Shown: positions 36,863-46,288, numbered from the stretch's first letter. The stretch is 64,000 bases of DNA from an uncultured Candidatus Saccharibacteria bacterium (GCA_964591445.1 CAZQAW010000001.1:14625-78624), one strand, 5' to 3'. Numbers and translations are program-made. The notes: generated from the letters alone by a model not told the origin.

Positions 36863-37616
36863 TTTCTACCCACAAAAGGTGCTCGACGTTTGTCGTGCTG
36901 CGAAGCAAAACTTTTTGAAATGGATCTCGCGGATCAAACAACACTTGCTCGACAATACCAACAATGGCCGAGCTCATACCGGGAAGCACAGCAATGGAAC
37001 CGACCGGTATCTCGACATCTCGTGGAAACGTAAGTTCAAAATTCTGCCCGCCGCGACCGACAGCTTCTGCGGTGACATTTGAGCCAAGCACTACGACAGA
37101 CGTTTTTTCTCCGGGAGTCGAGTATAATTTTATTTTTGAACTTGTCTCAAACACTTCAACCACTGTTCCTAAAATCGAAGTCGGTGACGCATACACTTTT
37201 GTACCAACAAAAACTCCATCGCGACTTCCCTTGTTCACCACAAGAGAGTCATACACCGAAGTGCTTGGTTTTGCAAGAATTTCTGCGCGGATAAAAGTTG
37301 GATTTTCGCCTTGCTGTTTGAGCGACTCATTTTCTTGCTGCAAAAGCGTAAACTCGGCGTCGCGCGCTTTCAAAGTTTCAACTTCTTGCTTCAAAGCATC
37401 TCGCTCTCGAAGCAAAGCTTTGCGAGAAACAAATGCATCACCTTCTATATACGAAGCACCTTGCATGAGCGGAATTCCAAGCCGCACAAAAACAGATTGT
37501 AGACCTTTCCGCACAGAGCCGATCGAAAGCAAAATAACAATCACCACAACAAGTACGACGACAATCGTCCACGCTTGGCGAGCCTTTTTTTGTTTTCTAT
37601 CGTAGAGGTAACTCAT
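36852..37616 (-). CDS. mreC: Rod shape-determining protein MreC.
   Basis: N-terminal TM, a coiled-coil (LKQEVETLKARDAEFTLLQQENESLKQQ), then a beta-rich domain with ...GSRDGVFVGTKV...VLPGMSSAIVG. Confidence 0.8.
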   Translation of the reverse strand: MSYLYDRKQKKARQAWTIVVVLVVVIVILLSIGSVRKGLQSVFVRLGIPLMQGASYIEGDAFVSRKALLRERDALKQEVETLKARDAEFTLLQQENESLKQQGENPTFIRAEILAKPSTSVYDSLVVNKGSRDGVFVGTKVYASPTSILGTVVEVFETSSKIKLYSTPGEKTSVVVLGSNVTAEAVGRGGQNFELTFPRDVEIPVGSIAVLPGMSSAIVGIVEQVLFDPRDPFQKVLLRSTTNVEHLLWVEIEQ

Positions 37617-38643
37617 CGTTTGAAGAAAGAAGCACGTCTTTGAAATAATCTAAATCTTCGAATACGACGCCTGTGCCGCGCGCGACAGCAGAAAGCGGAT
37701 CGTCTGCAATATAAATAGGAAGCTTGAGTACATTTGAAAGCAGTACGTCGAGGCCTTGGATCAGCGCACCACCACCGGCAAGAATAATACCGCGATGCAT
37801 CACATCTGAAAGAATTTCCGGCGGAGTTGTTTCTAACACTTCTTTAATTCCGTCCACCAAGTTTGCTATTGACGCACCAATAGCTTCGCGGATGTCGCTG
37901 TCTGTCACTACCACTTCACGAGGAAGCCCGGTCACCAAATCCCGTCCACGAACTTGGGCTTCCATAAATGTGCCCGGCATGACATTGCCCACCGCAATCT
38001 TTACTGCTTCGGCAGTTTTTTCTCCGATCAAAAGTTTGAATTCGTCGCGCAAGTAACTCATGATGTCGGCATTCAATTTGTCTCCGGCGATTTTCAAATT
38101 CTTGCTTCGCACAATGCCGCCAAGCGAAATAATTGCGATGTCTGTCGTTCCACCGCCAATGTCTACTACCATCGAACCTGTCGGATCTTTGATCGGAAGT
38201 CGCATGCCGATTGCCGCAGCCATCGGCTCTTCGACGATATACACTTCGCGCGCGCCGGCAGATTTTGCTGCATCATACACCGCGCGGATTTCTACGTTTG
38301 TGACACCAGACGGAACCCCAACTACAACACGCGGACGGAAAAACTTTTTAGACATTTTTTCTGCTTTGCCGATAAGGTACGCAAGCATTTCTTCGGTCAC
38401 TTCGAAGTCTGAAATCACTCCGTCGACAAGCGGACGGACTGCTTTGATGTGCGCTGGAGTTCTTCCAAGCATCTGTTTTGCTTCTGCACCGACTGCAACG
38501 ATACGGCCTGTTTTTTGGTTGAGCGCAACGACGGAAGGTTCGTTTATCACAACACCATGCCCACGCAAATACACGAGGGTGTTCGCTGTTCCCAAGTCTA
38601 TGCCGATGTCATTTGAAAATGATTCATACAGTTTACCCAGCAT
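37597..38643 (-). CDS. mreB: Rod shape-determining protein MreB.
   Basis: DIGIDLGTANTLVY, VVDIGGGTTDIAIIS and ILAGGGALIQGLD, the actin-fold phosphate and adenosine motifs. Confidence 0.95.
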   Translation of the reverse strand: MLGKLYESFSNDIGIDLGTANTLVYLRGHGVVINEPSVVALNQKTGRIVAVGAEAKQMLGRTPAHIKAVRPLVDGVISDFEVTEEMLAYLIGKAEKMSKKFFRPRVVVGVPSGVTNVEIRAVYDAAKSAGAREVYIVEEPMAAAIGMRLPIKDPTGSMVVDIGGGTTDIAIISLGGIVRSKNLKIAGDKLNADIMSYLRDEFKLLIGEKTAEAVKIAVGNVMPGTFMEAQVRGRDLVTGLPREVVVTDSDIREAIGASIANLVDGIKEVLETTPPEILSDVMHRGIILAGGGALIQGLDVLLSNVLKLPIYIADDPLSAVARGTGVVFEDLDYFKDVLLSSNDELPLR

Positions 38644-39895
38644 GTGATAATTCGTTCATTAATTCGGCAGCAGTTACAAAGCGGCCTTTTTCTTCCGTGC
38701 GTTTTTTGATTTCCACTCCGCCTTCTTTAATGCTTCGTTCTGAAACAACAACGCGATACGGAATGCCGATCAAATCTGAATCTGCAAATTTTTCTCCAGC
38801 GCTCATGTCTTCTCTGTCATCAAAAAGCACTTCGATATTCGCAGTATTCAAGCGTTCATACAAAGCTTGAGCTTCTTTCTTTACCTCGGCGCTCACACCA
38901 AGCGCAAGCACATGCACCTTGAAAGGCGCAACCGCCTCCGGCCAAATGATTCCTTTGTCGTCTGAAAAAATTTCTACAATAACTCCCATTGTTCGACTTA
39001 CGCCGATGCCGTAACAGCCTGAAATGATGGATTTCTTTTCTCCATTTTCGTCTGTGTAATACACTCCGAGCGCGTCTGTATATTTGCTTTCAAGCGGGAA
39101 AATATTTCCGACTTCGATAGCGCGTTTTTCAACAAGCTTTGATTTATCAAGACCGAGCTTTTCCAAGTTTTCATCTGTATAAATTTCTTTGTTAACGGCA
39201 ATATTCTTTTCTTCATCAAGATAAATAATATCTTCACCGATACCAGAGAGTGCCTGGAATTCATCGCTGAATTTTTTTGTAAAAATACCGCCGTCTGCGT
39301 ATGTTCGGTATGTAATGTGTCCGATTCCGAGTCTTTTGTACACTTCAAAATAAGCCGCTGCGGTTTTTTCATAAATCGCGTTATGCTCTTCTTCTGACTT
39401 TGCAAAAGAGTACATGTCTTTCATGATGAATTCACGTCCACGCAAAAGACCTGACTTTGCTCGAAGTTCATTTCGGAATTTATTTTGAATTTGATACACA
39501 GAAAAAGGAAGGTCGCGATATGAATTCACGTATTCTGAAATTGCATCAACGATAGGCTCTTCGTGTGTTAAGCCCACACCAAGCTCTTCTCCGCTTTTTA
39601 GTTTTGTCTTGAACCAGTTGTCTACTTTTGCATCATCCCATCGATCTGTCTTTTCCCAAATGTCGCGAGGTTGAAGAATAGTCATGTACAATTCCTGCCC
39701 ACCAATTTTATTCATCTCTTCGCGAATAATATTCTTGATCTTTTCAAGCACGCGCACTCCAAGTGGTAAGTACGCATACACCCCTGCCATTTCCTTGTGG
39801 ATAAAACCTGCACGGATCAAAAGCTCGGCATTCTTGGCGATTTCGTCCGCAGGTGCTTCCTTTTTGGTCTTTGTAAACAATCTAGATTGCAACAT
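38633..39895 (-). CDS. proS: Prolyl-tRNA synthetase, bacterial-type but lacking the INS editing domain.
   Basis: Class II motifs: ...FRNELRAKSGLLRGREFIMKDMYSF (motif 2) and GCYGIGVSR (motif 3). The N-terminus is ...TKKEAPADEIAKNAELLIRAGFI. At 420 aa it is shorter than the usual ~570 aa. Confidence 0.9.
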   Translation of the reverse strand: MLQSRLFTKTKKEAPADEIAKNAELLIRAGFIHKEMAGVYAYLPLGVRVLEKIKNIIREEMNKIGGQELYMTILQPRDIWEKTDRWDDAKVDNWFKTKLKSGEELGVGLTHEEPIVDAISEYVNSYRDLPFSVYQIQNKFRNELRAKSGLLRGREFIMKDMYSFAKSEEEHNAIYEKTAAAYFEVYKRLGIGHITYRTYADGGIFTKKFSDEFQALSGIGEDIIYLDEEKNIAVNKEIYTDENLEKLGLDKSKLVEKRAIEVGNIFPLESKYTDALGVYYTDENGEKKSIISGCYGIGVSRTMGVIVEIFSDDKGIIWPEAVAPFKVHVLALGVSAEVKKEAQALYERLNTANIEVLFDDREDMSAGEKFADSDLIGIPYRVVVSERSIKEGGVEIKKRTEEKGRFVTAAELMNELSHAG

Positions 39896-39953
39896 ATATG
39901 CTTATAGTACAGGAAAAAGTGCCTCTCAGCAAACGAAAAATCAAGCAACAAAA

Positions 39954-39982
39954 AAACCCAACTTTACAAAGTTGGGTTTTTA
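39954..39982 (-). terminator. Terminator hairpin aacccaact-ttacaa-agttgggtt with a T-run.
   Basis: Perfect 9-bp stem lying 3' of the small K-rich ORF on the minus strand. Confidence 0.5.
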
Positions 39983-39996
39983 AATGTAAACAAATT

Positions 39997-40170
39997 TTAG
40001 CTGAGTTTTCTGGGAGTTATTTTTATATCTTTCCCAACAACAACTTTTTCACCAGTCGCCAATTTTCTCTTAATTTCAATCTTAGGTGTTTCCTTCTTAG
40101 TAATAGTTATTTTTGACTTAGGGGTGATTTTAATTTTTTTAGTAATCTTGATTTTCTTAGTGATTTTCAT
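39997..40170 (-). CDS. Possible 57-aa lysine-rich repeat protein (KITKKIKITKKIKITPKSKITITKK...).
   Basis: Manual translation: MKITKKIKITKKIKITPKSKITITKKETPKIEIKRKLATGEKVVVGKDIKITPRKLS. It has its own downstream terminator hairpin and is below the ORF-track size cut-off. Confidence 0.3.
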   Translation of the reverse strand: MKITKKIKITKKIKITPKSKITITKKETPKIEIKRKLATGEKVVVGKDIKITPRKLS

Positions 40171-40419
40171 AATAATATGGATTTTTACATTTGCTTAAAT
40201 ATTATCATATTTTTTAATATTTGTCAATATGGCCAAAAAGCCTTATTCCTGCTATTATAAAAGCACTTCCACGTGGTCTGACGGTCGTCAGATTTGGCCT
40301 TAAAAAGCCGGGCTGCAATGCCAACTAACGTTGAAGATTCCCTTTCGGAATTATTAATTAATGCAGAGAGATTCTTCTTTGCGAAGGATTTTTTTATTAT
40401 CCTTTTTTACTTTTACGAT

Positions 40420-41115
40420 ATGTCAAAGACACAAGAACACATCGATATGATGTTCAAAGCCGGAGCACATTACGGCTATTCGAAGACTCGCCGACACCCG
40501 TCGACAGCTTCACACATTTTTACTACTAAGAACAAGAACGATATCATCGACCTTGAAAAGACAGCAATGTCTTTCGAGTCTGTGCTTGAATTCTTGGCTG
40601 AACTTGGCAAAGGCCAGAAAACAGTGCTTTTCGTCGGCGCAAAGCCGGAAGCAAAGAAAAAGGTTGTCGAAACTGCGACAGCGCTCGATATGCCTTACGT
40701 GGTAGAGCGATGGATCGGTGGAACGATCACAAACTTTGTGGAAATCAAAAAGCGCATCGCGACTCTCGAAGAGCTCCGCGACAAGCGCGAAAAAGGCGAG
40801 CTTGATATGTACACGAAAAAGGAACGCCTTCTCATCGACCAGAAAATCGAAAAGCTTACAAAATACTTCGGCGGTCTCGTACATTTGAAAAAAGCTCCGG
40901 ACGCGCTCTTCATCATCGATGCAAAGCGTGAACACATCGCTCTTACAGAAGCTCAGTCTGCAGGCATCCCGATCATCGCTCTTGCAAACACAGACACAAA
41001 TATCAAAGGCATCGAATTCCCTATTGTTGCAAACGACGGATCACAGTCAAGCATCGCCTTCTTCCTCGAACAGGCAAAAGTTGCCTACGAATCTGGCAAA
41101 ATCACAAAAGCGTAA
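40420..41115 (+). CDS. rpsB: 30S ribosomal protein S2.
   Basis: MFKAGAHYGYSKTRRHPS..., VLFVGAKPEAKK, YVVERWIGGTITNF and ...DALFIIDAKREHIALTEAQSAGIPIIALANTD. Start set at the Met of MSKTQEH. Confidence 0.9.
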   Translation: MSKTQEHIDMMFKAGAHYGYSKTRRHPSTASHIFTTKNKNDIIDLEKTAMSFESVLEFLAELGKGQKTVLFVGAKPEAKKKVVETATALDMPYVVERWIGGTITNFVEIKKRIATLEELRDKREKGELDMYTKKERLLIDQKIEKLTKYFGGLVHLKKAPDALFIIDAKREHIALTEAQSAGIPIIALANTDTNIKGIEFPIVANDGSQSSIAFFLEQAKVAYESGKITKA

Positions 41116-41161
41116 TCTCGTTTTTTTGTTCATTATTACAAAATAATTTTTTATAGTTTTT

Positions 41162-41935
41162 ATGGCTATTACAACAGAGCAAATCAAAGAACTTCGAGAC
41201 GCAACAGGTGTCTCCGTTATGCAGTGTAAGAAAGCATTAGAAGAAGCTGGTGGCGATATGGAAAAAGCGCTTTTGGTTTTGAAAAAGAAATCAAGCGACA
41301 TCGCACTTAAGAAAGCAGACCGCGAAGCAAACGACGGTATCATTGTCGTGCGACAAAACCCGGGCAAAGCGACAGTGGTCGTGCTCAATTCTGAAACAGA
41401 CTTCGTTGCAAAAAATGAAGACTTCACAAACCTTGCAAACGCTCTTGCCGACCTCGCAGTAGCCGAAGGCAAAGACGCTGCAACTGCAAAAGCGGCGGAC
41501 ATGATCAACCCTGTAATCCAAAAAGTTGGAGAAAATATCCAGCTCGGTTCTATCGAAGAAATTACCGCGCCAGTTGTCGGTTCGTATGTACACAGTGGCA
41601 AATCTGCTGCAGTCGTAGCGCTTTCTGGCGGCGATGAAGCTTTGGCAAAAGACGTTGCAATGCATGTTGCAGCGATGAAACCGGAATATGCTACACTAGA
41701 AGATGTCACTTCGGAAATGAAAGAAAAGGTAAAAGACATGTTTACCAAAGAAGTGATGGAATCTGACAAGCCGGAAGAGATCAAAGCAAAGATGCTTGAA
41801 GGAAAGATCGGCACGTACTTGAAAGAACAAGTGCTCGTCGAACAAGCATTCATCAAAAACCCAGACATGACCATCGGCAAGCTTTTGGAAAGCAAAGGCG
41901 CAAAGCTCGAAAAGTTCGCTCGCTACAGCATATAA
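41162..41935 (+). CDS. tsf: Elongation factor Ts.
   Basis: IKELRDATGVSVMQCKKALEEAGGDMEKA (UBA-like N-terminus) and the dimerisation core. Confidence 0.95.
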   Translation: MAITTEQIKELRDATGVSVMQCKKALEEAGGDMEKALLVLKKKSSDIALKKADREANDGIIVVRQNPGKATVVVLNSETDFVAKNEDFTNLANALADLAVAEGKDAATAKAADMINPVIQKVGENIQLGSIEEITAPVVGSYVHSGKSAAVVALSGGDEALAKDVAMHVAAMKPEYATLEDVTSEMKEKVKDMFTKEVMESDKPEEIKAKMLEGKIGTYLKEQVLVEQAFIKNPDMTIGKLLESKGAKLEKFARYSI

Positions 41936-41947
41936 CGTAGCACCACT

Positions 41948-42355
41948 ATGTGGACACTTATTTTCATCTTCATAGGTTCTCTACTTGCCACGCTCGGAAT
42001 GCTTTTGTTCCGTGTGTGGCAAATACAGAACGGGAAAGTTGCGGTAGACCCCGACGCTCCCGAAAAAATGATCATCCCCGAGATGACCTTTGCATCTTTG
42101 AAAGAAAATGTGCTATATTACGGCAAGCGCGCAGGACATTTGTCTGTTATGGCAGCCATTGCGCTCTGGATCCGTGGTAGCCACGAAGTGACCAAGCATG
42201 CCAAGAAATTGCGCTTGAAGGTCAAGAAGAACGAAGACGGCACCGAAGAAAAAACGCCGATCTCAAGCTTCCTTATAACAGTCTCTGAATACAAGAAACG
42301 CGCCCGCAAGCTACGAGAGAGAATCACAAAAGAAGACAAAGAAGGTTCATTATAA
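41948..42355 (+). CDS. Hypothetical membrane-anchored basic protein.
   Basis: N-terminal TM (LIFIFIGSLLATLGMLLF), a second hydrophobic segment and a K/R/E-rich tail. Confidence 0.45.
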   Translation: MWTLIFIFIGSLLATLGMLLFRVWQIQNGKVAVDPDAPEKMIIPEMTFASLKENVLYYGKRAGHLSVMAAIALWIRGSHEVTKHAKKLRLKVKKNEDGTEEKTPISSFLITVSEYKKRARKLRERITKEDKEGSL

Positions 42356-42362
42356 TAACCAT

Positions 42363-42438
42363 GCCGCTTTAGCTCAGTTGGTAGAGCGCCAATTTTGTAA
42401 ATTGGATGTCGTCAGTTCGAATCTGACAAGCGGCTCCA
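42363..42438 (+). tRNA. tRNA-Thr (anticodon TGT), CCA encoded.
   Basis: GCCGCTTTAGCTCAGTTGGTAGAGCGCCAATTTTGTAAATTGGATGTCGTCAGTTCGAATCTGACAAGCGGCTCCA, with anticodon loop ttTGTaa. Confidence 0.85.
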
Positions 42439-42442
42439 AACT

Positions 42443-42463
42443 AAAACTCCCCGAAAGGGGAGT
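42443..42463 (+). terminator. Terminator hairpin aactcccc-gaaa-ggggagtt with a T-run.
   Basis: Perfect 8-bp stem directly after tRNA-Thr. Confidence 0.6.
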
Positions 42464-42465
42464 TT

Positions 42466-42969
42466 TTAATTAGTGTATTTTTTTATAAATTCTTTTTCAT
42501 CTCTAAGGTTTTTTATAATAAAAACTTTTTTGGTATCTGAATAACTGAGAATTTTTTCAAGTTTTTCTTTACTGCTATAATTCCAAATAAATTTGATTAA
42601 TTTCCAGTTTAATTTTTCGATATTATCCCCACCCATTTCTGGTCGCTGCTTGTTATGAAATTGAATTCTACGTTTTAAAAGTCTATAGAAAATAAGAATT
42701 TTTGAGAAATCAAAATATATAATTGTGTCAGAATTATTCAATCGAATATCAAAAGAGCGAGACTTTGTAAAATCTCCATCAATAATCCATTTTTCATTGA
42801 GCATCATTTCTTCCTGGTGTTTTATAAAAACATCTTGTTTAATTCCCCCTTCTTGAATCCAAAATATTTTATCAAGATGCAAAACAGGAATAGAAAGTTT
42901 CTCACTTAATTTTCTTGAAAGTGTTGTTTTACCGGATGCAGGACAGCCGCAAATTATTATTTTATTCAT
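42466..42969 (-). CDS. P-loop NTPase of the adenylate-kinase-like / topology-modulation protein family.
   Basis: IIICGCPASGKTTLSRKL (Walker A). 167 aa. AT-rich. Confidence 0.6.
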   Translation of the reverse strand: MNKIIICGCPASGKTTLSRKLSEKLSIPVLHLDKIFWIQEGGIKQDVFIKHQEEMMLNEKWIIDGDFTKSRSFDIRLNNSDTIIYFDFSKILIFYRLLKRRIQFHNKQRPEMGGDNIEKLNWKLIKFIWNYSSKEKLEKILSYSDTKKVFIIKNLRDEKEFIKKYTN

Positions 42970-42976
42970 ATAGATT

Positions 42977-43771
42977 TTATTCCCCAGCAGTTTCGCCAGC
43001 TGGTGGAGTTGTTGGCTCTTCTTCTTTTGGAGTTTCTGATGTTGGTTCGGTCGGCTCTTCGACTTTTTGTTTCTTTGTCGACTTTGTTGTCGTTGGTTTT
43101 ACTTCAACTTTCGGCTTTTCTTCTTCTGGTAAAAGCGTCTTCAATTCTGGGAGATTTTTTTCTATGTCTTCGACGCTTTGGAAGCCGTTGAATGTTTTGC
43201 CATTCATAACAAGCGCTGGAAGCGCGTCGCCAACTTTGTAGATAGACTTGAGGGTTTGTACCGCAGAGATGTCGATATTGTAGTCAAACGAATATACACG
43301 AAGGCCCGGGTATTTCTCGCGGAGTGCGGTAAGCACGTAGCTTTGCTTGTCGCAGTCTTCGCAGTCGTTCGCATTGCCATAGAAGTACAGCACAAACACA
43401 GACGCTTCTTTACAGCGTTCGGTGATGCGCTTCATAAGCAAATAGTCTTTGATTTCAAGAAGCGAATAGTAGCGCTTGAGAGCTGCCACGTCTTCACTGT
43501 CGCCAATGTTTTCTTCGCTCGAGTCGATCTTCTCTCCCAACGAATTGAGTTCTTGAGAAAGATAGGATTCGGTAACGTTCGAACAAGAAGATTCTTCAAG
43601 CAAAGAAAATTGTGTTTCAGAAGAAAGGATGTCGATGGCGATCTTGTCTTGAATAGACTTCAAGTTGTCGATCTTTTTATTATTAAAATAGTTGCTCAAA
43701 TACAGCGCAGTCAAAAAAAGTCCGCAGGTAATAAAGAAAACGAAGATATATTTTGTCCAATTGTTTTTCAT
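42977..43771 (-). CDS. Membrane-anchored thioredoxin-fold protein (hypothetical).
   Basis: N-terminal TM. The C-terminal region has a CEDCDKQ CxxC-type motif and VMNGKTFNGFQ (thioredoxin/glutaredoxin-like), then a K/E/P/T-rich tail. Confidence 0.5.
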   Translation of the reverse strand: MKNNWTKYIFVFFITCGLFLTALYLSNYFNNKKIDNLKSIQDKIAIDILSSETQFSLLEESSCSNVTESYLSQELNSLGEKIDSSEENIGDSEDVAALKRYYSLLEIKDYLLMKRITERCKEASVFVLYFYGNANDCEDCDKQSYVLTALREKYPGLRVYSFDYNIDISAVQTLKSIYKVGDALPALVMNGKTFNGFQSVEDIEKNLPELKTLLPEEEKPKVEVKPTTTKSTKKQKVEEPTEPTSETPKEEEPTTPPAGETAGE

Positions 43772-43777
43772 AAAAAA

Positions 43778-45022
43778 TTATCGCCAGCTTGGGGCTTTGC
43801 CGGAAACGGCTTTATACATAGCGTGTATCAACCAGAACGGCGCAATGATGCTATAAATGATCATATACGAAATGACGTGCAATGGAAACTTCGCCTTGCC
43901 TGTCGACATCCGCGTACCGATCAAAATCGCAAGCAGCACGAAGCTGTAAAGGAAAAGAAGGAGGAAGGCTGTTGTGTGCGTGTTGATGAAAAACCAGTCA
44001 AACTGGACGCTTGGTAGAGACCAGTGGAGACCTACTGTGCGTATCTCGACGCTTTTTTCATACATGTTTTTTACAAAAGAAGTCGCAGCTGAACCGAAAA
44101 GAAATACCGCCGCAGAAATAGAGATGATGCCAGACGGAACCGTAAACAAAGAAAACGTTCCGTACTTTGGATTGAAGAGAATTTTGCGATAGTCGACAGT
44201 GTTGCGGATGAATCCGTGGATCCATCGCAAGCGCTGTTTGTAGAGTTTTGGAATCGTGTTCGGAGAAACGGTGTAGACATACGCGTCGTTGCACTGCTCG
44301 ATCTTCATGTGGAATTTCTGCATGCGATACGCGATTTCCATGTCTTCGGTATTGTGCGCTTTGCGGAAAAGGCCGATTGTTTTAAACATTTCTCTTTTGT
44401 AAGTTGAAAATGGCCCCGGCGCTACGTGGATACCGCCATTCAAGCCAAGCATTTTCTTGATATACACTGCCATGTCGTATTCGATCTTTTGGATCGTCTG
44501 GATGATATTTTGCGGGTTGTGAACGATAATCGACGGCGCAACAGCCATGACTTCCGGGTCTTTTTTGAAATACGTAATGATGCGTTTGAGAGCATGCGGG
44601 TCGACAAAAGAGTCCGCGTCCAAACATGTAATCAAATCTGCTTTCGAAAGTTCAATACCCATGTTCATTGCCGTATGTTTGCCGCCATTTTCTTTATGAA
44701 AAGCTTGTATCTGCGGATGAGACGCAAAGGCTTGCATGACATTCCACGTGTTGTCGGTGCTTCCATCGTCAATCAAAAAGATTTCCAATTTGTCTTTCGG
44801 ATAATCAAGTGCGAGAAGCGACTCGATAGTCTTGTGTATCGTCTTTTCTTCGTTCCAACATGGCACAATGACCGTTACCGTTGGGTATTCAGGAAGTTCG
44901 CCCATTGCACCACTTCGATAGACTATTTTCTTGCGATTCTCCAAAAAAGTAACCAAGAAAAAGACCTGCACGTAAAGTGCAGTAAAGGTAAGCGTATAAG
45001 TAACAATTGTTGAAATATCCAT
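43778..45022 (-). CDS. Family-2 processive glycosyltransferase (cellulose/chitin-synthase/PgaC-like).
   Basis: VTVIVPCWNEE, IFLIDDGSTDNT, CLDADSF (DxD) and QRLRWIHG (QxxRW), with flanking TM helices. Confidence 0.85.
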   Translation of the reverse strand: MDISTIVTYTLTFTALYVQVFFLVTFLENRKKIVYRSGAMGELPEYPTVTVIVPCWNEEKTIHKTIESLLALDYPKDKLEIFLIDDGSTDNTWNVMQAFASHPQIQAFHKENGGKHTAMNMGIELSKADLITCLDADSFVDPHALKRIITYFKKDPEVMAVAPSIIVHNPQNIIQTIQKIEYDMAVYIKKMLGLNGGIHVAPGPFSTYKREMFKTIGLFRKAHNTEDMEIAYRMQKFHMKIEQCNDAYVYTVSPNTIPKLYKQRLRWIHGFIRNTVDYRKILFNPKYGTFSLFTVPSGIISISAAVFLFGSAATSFVKNMYEKSVEIRTVGLHWSLPSVQFDWFFINTHTTAFLLLFLYSFVLLAILIGTRMSTGKAKFPLHVISYMIIYSIIAPFWLIHAMYKAVSGKAPSWR

Positions 45023-45117
45023 ATTTTACAAGGCTTTTCTAGCGTTTCTGAAGTGCTCTCAGTATACCATTTTTAGACCTTTTTTTCAAGAATGTGTTCC
45101 TGTGGTATACTTTGAAC

Positions 45118-45819
45118 ATGAAAACAGAAAAAATAAGCACTGGAACGGGAATCATTGTGGCGGGTATTTTTATTGCCGCGGCGATATTCTTTTCTCGAGG
45201 AGGAGCTGCTCCACAAGTCGCAAGCACTACGACCAAAATCACTGTGCCGACATATACCGTTAAAGCTGAAGCAAGCGGAGACCACTATATCGGCAAAGCT
45301 GACGCGCCGATTGTGATTACAGAATATTCTGACCTCGAATGTCCATTTTGTAAACAAGCACACCCAACTGTGCACAAAGTTCTCGAAGCTTACAAAGATG
45401 AAGTCGGTGTCGAGTACGTCCACTTCCCTCTTTCTATCCACCCGAAAGCACAAAAAGAAGCTGAAGCCGCGGAATGCGTATACAAACTTGGCGGCAACGT
45501 TGCGTTCTGGAGTTTTATCGACACGATCTTCGCAATCACTCCGGCAAACAATGGTTTGGACGCAGCACTCCTTCCTGAAGTTGCGAAAAAAGTCGGCGTG
45601 AATGAAAAGCAATTTATGACATGTCTTGATTCCGGAGAAATGGCAGACAAAGTAGCAATCGACCAAGCTCGCGGAACAGCAAATGGCGTGAAAGGTACAC
45701 CGCAGTTTGTCATCACGTCTCGAGCAACAGGCAAATCCATCACTATCCCGGGTGCAATTCCATTTGAGCAATTTAAACTAAAAATCGAAGAAGTACTGAG
45801 TGGAGGTGGGCAAGTATAA
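45118..45819 (+). CDS. DsbA-family thiol:disulfide oxidoreductase, membrane-anchored.
   Basis: N-terminal TM, then YSDLECPFCKQAHP (CPFC active site) and the DsbA-like helical insertion. Confidence 0.8.
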   Translation: MKTEKISTGTGIIVAGIFIAAAIFFSRGGAAPQVASTTTKITVPTYTVKAEASGDHYIGKADAPIVITEYSDLECPFCKQAHPTVHKVLEAYKDEVGVEYVHFPLSIHPKAQKEAEAAECVYKLGGNVAFWSFIDTIFAITPANNGLDAALLPEVAKKVGVNEKQFMTCLDSGEMADKVAIDQARGTANGVKGTPQFVITSRATGKSITIPGAIPFEQFKLKIEEVLSGGGQV

Positions 45820-45820
45820 A

Positions 45821-45858
45821 ACACTAAAAAAATCCCCTTTCAGGGATTTTTTTAGTGT
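45821..45858. terminator. Perfect 38-nt palindrome / bidirectional terminator (acactaaaaaaatcccc-tttc-agggattttttagtgt).
   Basis: The reverse-complement symmetry is visible directly. It sits between dsbA-like and the yerC-like gene. Confidence 0.6.
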
Positions 45859-45908
45859 TTTGTTAACTTTACTTGACTAAAGTACTTTAGTTTGCTAAAG
45901 TAGCTTAT

Positions 45909-46241
45909 ATGGAAGTTAATTGGAAGACAAAAGAAAACATGCAACTTGTGGAAGCCTTGCTTTCACTTAAAAATCCTGAAGAATCAAGGCTTTTTCTGCG
46001 CGACCTTATGACTAAAGGAGAAATCGAAGAATTTGCACGTAGACTGGAAGCCGCTCGTCTACTTTCAAAAGACACTCAGTATTCTGCAATTATAGAAAAA
46101 ACGGGATTGTCTTCAACAACAGTAGCTCGTATTTCAAAGTGGCTCAAAGGCTCACTTGGAGGTTACAAACTTGTACTTAATCGCATGCATCATACCCATT
46201 CTCGCACTCAAACTGGGAAAGGGTTGTCTTTGCATACATAA
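45909..46241 (+). CDS. TrpR-like YerC/YecD-family DNA-binding protein.
   Basis: ...EEFARRLEAARLLSKDTQYSAIIEKTGLSSTTVARISKWLK is a helix-turn-helix matching the YerC/YecD (Trp-repressor-like) family. Confidence 0.65.
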   Translation: MEVNWKTKENMQLVEALLSLKNPEESRLFLRDLMTKGEIEEFARRLEAARLLSKDTQYSAIIEKTGLSSTTVARISKWLKGSLGGYKLVLNRMHHTHSRTQTGKGLSLHT

Positions 46242-46255
46242 GTTATACCGAAGCT

Positions 46256-46288
46256 AACCCCTTCCTCGTTTGAGTGAAGGGGTTTTGC
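46256..46288 (+). terminator. Terminator hairpin aaccccttc...gaaggggtt with a T-run.
   Basis: 9-bp stem, 3' of the yerC-like gene. Confidence 0.5.

Noticed and set aside
36964-38647. Plus-strand ORFs of 213 aa and 195 aa antisense to mreC and mreB.
   Set aside because: Shadow ORFs of conserved genes with S/T-rich low-complexity translations.
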